Assembly (NCBI GenBank): GCA_963720265.1
Contig: CAVRET010000002.1
Location: 392,704 to 456,703 of the forward strand
Origin: an uncultured bacterium
Lineage (GTDB): Bacteria; Patescibacteriota; Saccharimonadia; UBA4664
Reading direction: 5' to 3'
Length of the DNA: 64,000 nucleotides
Shown here: piece after piece, positions 60,665 through 64,000 of the stretch
Layout of the letters: every line of letters begins with the position of its first letter
Position numbering within the stretch: position 1 is the stretch's first letter
Notes under the pieces: generated by a model
Database searches by the model: none
What the model saw: the letters and a program-made list of their open reading frames with translations, nothing else
Told to the model about the DNA's origin: nothing
Made by a program: the position numbers and the translations under genes

Positions 60665-60756
60665 GCGTCCCCACTTACGAGTAATCTAGTACCCCCATTG
60701 TAGTCTCCCGCGTCCTCAGCCACAACTAGCGGTATAATGAGGCAGCCCACCGGAAC

Positions 60757-61473
60757 TTGAAGCGAAGCACGAGGTGTAGTGATATGAATGCGATCAGCCG
60801 GCCGGAGCAGTTGCTGCAGCGGCTTCTGCAGGGAAATCCCGTAACACCATACCAGCTCGTCGAAGCGATACTGACTGACCAGGACCCAGATTCGCTGGCA
60901 AGCCTGGCCCGCGACCTGCTGCCGGCGATCATGCGGTACCATGACCGCATGAGCCAGCTGCCGAGCTCGCGCAAAGCCATCGGCGCTAGCCGGGATTCAC
61001 TGCACAACGCTCGGCGCGAGCTCCAGCACAAGCTCGCCAGGACCAGGGCCTGGACCGAGGCCGATGCTGATGAAGCACTCGAAAAGGAGATTCGCTGGCG
61101 AAGCAGCACAGCCGCTCGTGCCGAGTCTGAAGCCGCACCCGCACTCGAGGCGGTCCGCAGCCTCACGGTTCAATTCCAAGGCTGGGGCAAACGGCCCGGT
61201 CCCAGGCTCGATGTCGCGGTGTTCGCGGCCGACCTGCCTGAGCACGTGCTGGACATCCTGTACGAGGCAAATACGCAGCTCCAGGAGGGTATATTTGCAG
61301 CCGAGGCGCCAGTCTATGCCAGCGGGGCGGACTTCCGTTGCCAAGAGATCACCCGTCTCACCTATGCTAGCGCTGAACTCGATAGACGAATCGATCATCG
61401 TCGCCGGCTATGGCAGCAGGCGTTCATCTTCGCCCGGTGGACAGCAAAGATGCTGGTCACAGCACCCACGTAA
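60757..61473 (+). CDS. Hypothetical protein
   Basis: 238-aa ORF, helical. Confidence 0.35.
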   Translation: MKRSTRCSDMNAISRPEQLLQRLLQGNPVTPYQLVEAILTDQDPDSLASLARDLLPAIMRYHDRMSQLPSSRKAIGASRDSLHNARRELQHKLARTRAWTEADADEALEKEIRWRSSTAARAESEAAPALEAVRSLTVQFQGWGKRPGPRLDVAVFAADLPEHVLDILYEANTQLQEGIFAAEAPVYASGADFRCQEITRLTYASAELDRRIDHRRRLWQQAFIFARWTAKMLVTAPT

Positions 61474-61562
61474 CTTGCCGAAGTCTGCGGCACGCACGCG
61501 GCCCGTCTCTCTCGGGATTCGAGGGACGGGCCGCTGCCATGTTGGCCTGCTACAATAGCCCC

Positions 61563-62123
61563 ATGATTGCAACCTTACGTGGCACCATAATCGAGAAGCT
61601 GCCCTCCAGCCTCATTCTTGAAGCCGGAGGCGTCGGCTACGAGCTATCCGTAACAGTAGACGAATGGGGGAGCGCCACACTCGGCTCCGAAGCCCGCTAC
61701 TATATATACGAGCAAATCCGCGAGGACGTGCACAACCTCTACGGCTTCAACGCGCTCGCTTCTCGTGAACTCTTCACACAGCTGCTCGGTGTCTCCGGCG
61801 TTGGGCCGAAACTCGCCATGCAAATCCTATCGGCCGCCGGCGAATTACGCCTGCGCCAAGCCATTGGCTCTGGCGATCCAGCTTTGCTCAAGGGCATCAC
61901 CGGCGTCGGCCCCAAAACCGCTCAGCGCGTCATGGTTGAGCTGCGCGGCAAAGTCGAAGAGGGGAGCGCCGGCCTCGCCCCGGTAGCCGATCCCACCTAC
62001 CAGGCACTTATTGCGCTCGGCTACACCCCGGTCCAAGCCACTTCGGCCGTTGCCGCTCTACCACCTGACCTCGAGGGCGACCAGACCCGCCTCAAAGCCG
62101 CGCTCAAAGGGGTAGGAAAGTGA
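61563..62123 (+). CDS. ruvA: Holliday junction DNA helicase RuvA
   Basis: MIATLRGTIIEKLPSSLILEAGGVGYEL...; HhH motifs LLGVSGVGPKLA and GITGVGPKTAQR. Confidence 0.85.
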   Translation: MIATLRGTIIEKLPSSLILEAGGVGYELSVTVDEWGSATLGSEARYYIYEQIREDVHNLYGFNALASRELFTQLLGVSGVGPKLAMQILSAAGELRLRQAIGSGDPALLKGITGVGPKTAQRVMVELRGKVEEGSAGLAPVADPTYQALIALGYTPVQATSAVAALPPDLEGDQTRLKAALKGVGK

Positions 62124-62839
62124 CCCTGCGGCTCAACCCCTGGGACGACCCTGGCTTTGCCGGTACGTACGCCGAAGAATCTGCTAACCCTACTAGCGGT
62201 TGGTACGAGCAGCAGGTCAACGCACCATCCGTGATCGCACTTATACCCCAAGGTGCCAAACGCTTGCTCGATTTTGGCTCTGGCCCCGGAGATTTTACCG
62301 CCATGTTGTCCAAACAATTCCAGCACGTGGAAGGTTGTGACCACTCGCCGGCCATGGTAAGCATTGCTAAACAGCAGCATTCAGAACTGACGTTCTTTCA
62401 GTGGGACGGCCAAGCTCCGCTTCCCACTCAGCGCGACCCTTACGACCTGATCGTCAGTAAGCTGGTCGTGCCGTTTATTCGTGACCTGAGCAGTCACATC
62501 AGACGGCTCAGAGAATCGCTGCAGCCATCGGGTAGTCTCGTCATTTCCACGGTCCATCCTGTTCATTCGGCCAAACAAGTAGCCAATTACTGGCAGACCG
62601 CCGAATACCAGCAGCAAATCGGGCGGTTTGGCATTTATGACGTTGTCCTGCACCGCAGTCTCGAGACTATAATTGCGGAATTCTCGGACAACGGTTTCAT
62701 GCTTGCGCGCCTGTCAGAGCCCAAAACGCCGGAACACCTGGCTCGGGTTCATCAAGGCCGTCCCTGCGAATTCGCACTGCCCAAGCGTATTAATCTTCAC
62801 TTTCGTCTAATCGGAGGCTCCAACCATGAATTCCGTTAA
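62120..62839 (+). CDS. Class I SAM-dependent methyltransferase
   Basis: LLDFGSGPGDFT motif I. Confidence 0.7.
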   Translation: MTLRLNPWDDPGFAGTYAEESANPTSGWYEQQVNAPSVIALIPQGAKRLLDFGSGPGDFTAMLSKQFQHVEGCDHSPAMVSIAKQQHSELTFFQWDGQAPLPTQRDPYDLIVSKLVVPFIRDLSSHIRRLRESLQPSGSLVISTVHPVHSAKQVANYWQTAEYQQQIGRFGIYDVVLHRSLETIIAEFSDNGFMLARLSEPKTPEHLARVHQGRPCEFALPKRINLHFRLIGGSNHEFR

Positions 62840-63638
62840 ACTAGGTTCCGGCCAACTGATGCCGCCCATCGGCTACGGCATGTGGCTGATCAAAAACAAA
62901 GCCGAGGCCATAAACGGCGTCGAAGTCGCCCTCGATGCTGGCTACCGCCACTTTGACACGGCCCAGTACTACGGCAACGAGCAGTATCTGGGCGAAACTC
63001 TTGAACGATCTGACGTCTCACGTGACGATCTCTTCATTACCACCAAAATCAAAAACGAAAACCAAGCTCAGCAAACTCTCATCCCTAGCTACGAGGAATC
63101 ACTCGAAAAGCTTCGCACCAACTACGCTGACCTCCTCTTGCTACACTTCCCAGTTACTAAGATGCGCGGCCCGGCTTGGCGCCTCATGGAGCGGCTGTAT
63201 CAGGAAGGCCGCGCAAAGTCCATCGGCGTTTCAAATTACACCACCCGCCATCTCGAAGAACTCTTAAGTGAATGTTCTGTGCCGCCGGCCGTCAACCAAG
63301 TTGAGCTGCATGTTTATCTGCAACAGCCCGAGCTGGTCGACTTTTGTAAAAAGCACAACATCCTTATCGAAGCCTATTCGCCGCTCGCCCACGGCGAAGG
63401 CCTGGATAATCCCAAGCTCGTCGAAATCGCAGAGAAATATGATAAAACGCCGGCCCAAATCATGATCCGCTGGTGCATTGATATCGACACCGTGCCCCTG
63501 CCCAAATCCGTTACTCCCGTGCGCATCAAGTCCAACTTCGACGTGTTCGATTTCTCACTCGACGAAGGTGATATGAAAGTGGTCAAATCGCTAGACGCCA
63601 ACCTCCGTACCGCCTGGGACCCTACTGACGTCGCCTAA
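62826..63638 (+). CDS. Aldo/keto reductase
   Basis: IGYGMW...ALDAGYRHFDTAQYYGNE; a 2,5-DKG-reductase-like AKR. Confidence 0.85.
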   Translation: MNSVKLGSGQLMPPIGYGMWLIKNKAEAINGVEVALDAGYRHFDTAQYYGNEQYLGETLERSDVSRDDLFITTKIKNENQAQQTLIPSYEESLEKLRTNYADLLLLHFPVTKMRGPAWRLMERLYQEGRAKSIGVSNYTTRHLEELLSECSVPPAVNQVELHVYLQQPELVDFCKKHNILIEAYSPLAHGEGLDNPKLVEIAEKYDKTPAQIMIRWCIDIDTVPLPKSVTPVRIKSNFDVFDFSLDEGDMKVVKSLDANLRTAWDPTDVA

Positions 63639-64000
63639 GCTGCTTCGGAATACTCGCTATGGTCAACCAGGCGCCCAAAAGCCCGGCGCCACAGCGTTCG
63701 GTTTGCACGCTCGGTTTCAGCATTGCCCAACCATACGCGCCTCGCAAGTCCATTCACCAGACTTTGCGCTAACGTTCGGTCGGCCATGCCCACATACTGG
63801 TCTCCGGCCAATTCGTGCTCATGGCTCGCAGCTTCAGCCTCAATCGCGAGTGCCAACATTTCCTGCTCAAATGCGTTAAGCGGGCGATCAAGCGGAACCA
63901 GTGTTGCATCCCGCCACTGTTCGAGCATTTGCTCGGAGTGCTCCGCAAAATGCGGCTGAATGCCGCTTTCGTGAAGTCGCCGCATTGATGCGGACGAATT
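63635..64000 (-). CDS. Hypothetical protein (partial; extends beyond the window)
   Basis: The ORF is open to the window edge. Confidence 0.3.
   Translation of the reverse strand, partial: NSSASMRRLHESGIQPHFAEHSEQMLEQWRDATLVPLDRPLNAFEQEMLALAIEAEAASHEHELAGDQYVGMADRTLAQSLVNGLARRVWLGNAETERANRTLWRRAFGRLVDHSEYSEAA

Overview
This is a high-GC (~60%) bacterial chromosome segment, densely coding on both strands. It is mostly housekeeping genes: ftsH, the cell-wall cluster UbiA-family/murJ/murF/ddl, lepA, the heat-shock cluster hrcA-grpE-dnaK-dnaJ with CIRCE operators, ruvC/ruvA, yebC, and a glycogen operon glgA-GH57-PHP-kinase-glgP. Two tRNAs are present (Met-CAT, Lys-TTT), plus one IS200-type insertion sequence carrying TnpA only. 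No rRNA and no CRISPR array were seen. The stand-out region begins immediately 3' of tRNA-Met. An ~11.2 kb island (3091-14658) is bounded by ~400-bp direct repeats that duplicate the 5' part of an HD-domain gene; the left copy is intact and the right copy is frameshifted. The island carries a large serine recombinase, a degenerate second resolvase-domain ORF, a Replic_Relax protein with nearby iteron-like repeats, and small membrane proteins. It also carries a repeat-rich coiled-coil membrane protein and a four-gene enzymatic module of NUDIX, EEP nuclease/phosphatase, an NTase-like protein and a PLD/HKD protein. A second tandem unit follows at ~14661-18650, delimited by paralogous small HTH genes whose 5' ends recur as a ~45-nt motif in three copies. 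This unit encodes a SEC-C protein, a 733-aa PrimPol-SF2 helicase fusion, and a translationally coupled small protein plus retropepsin-like aspartic protease pair. All functional calls rest on motifs read by eye; no database search was run.
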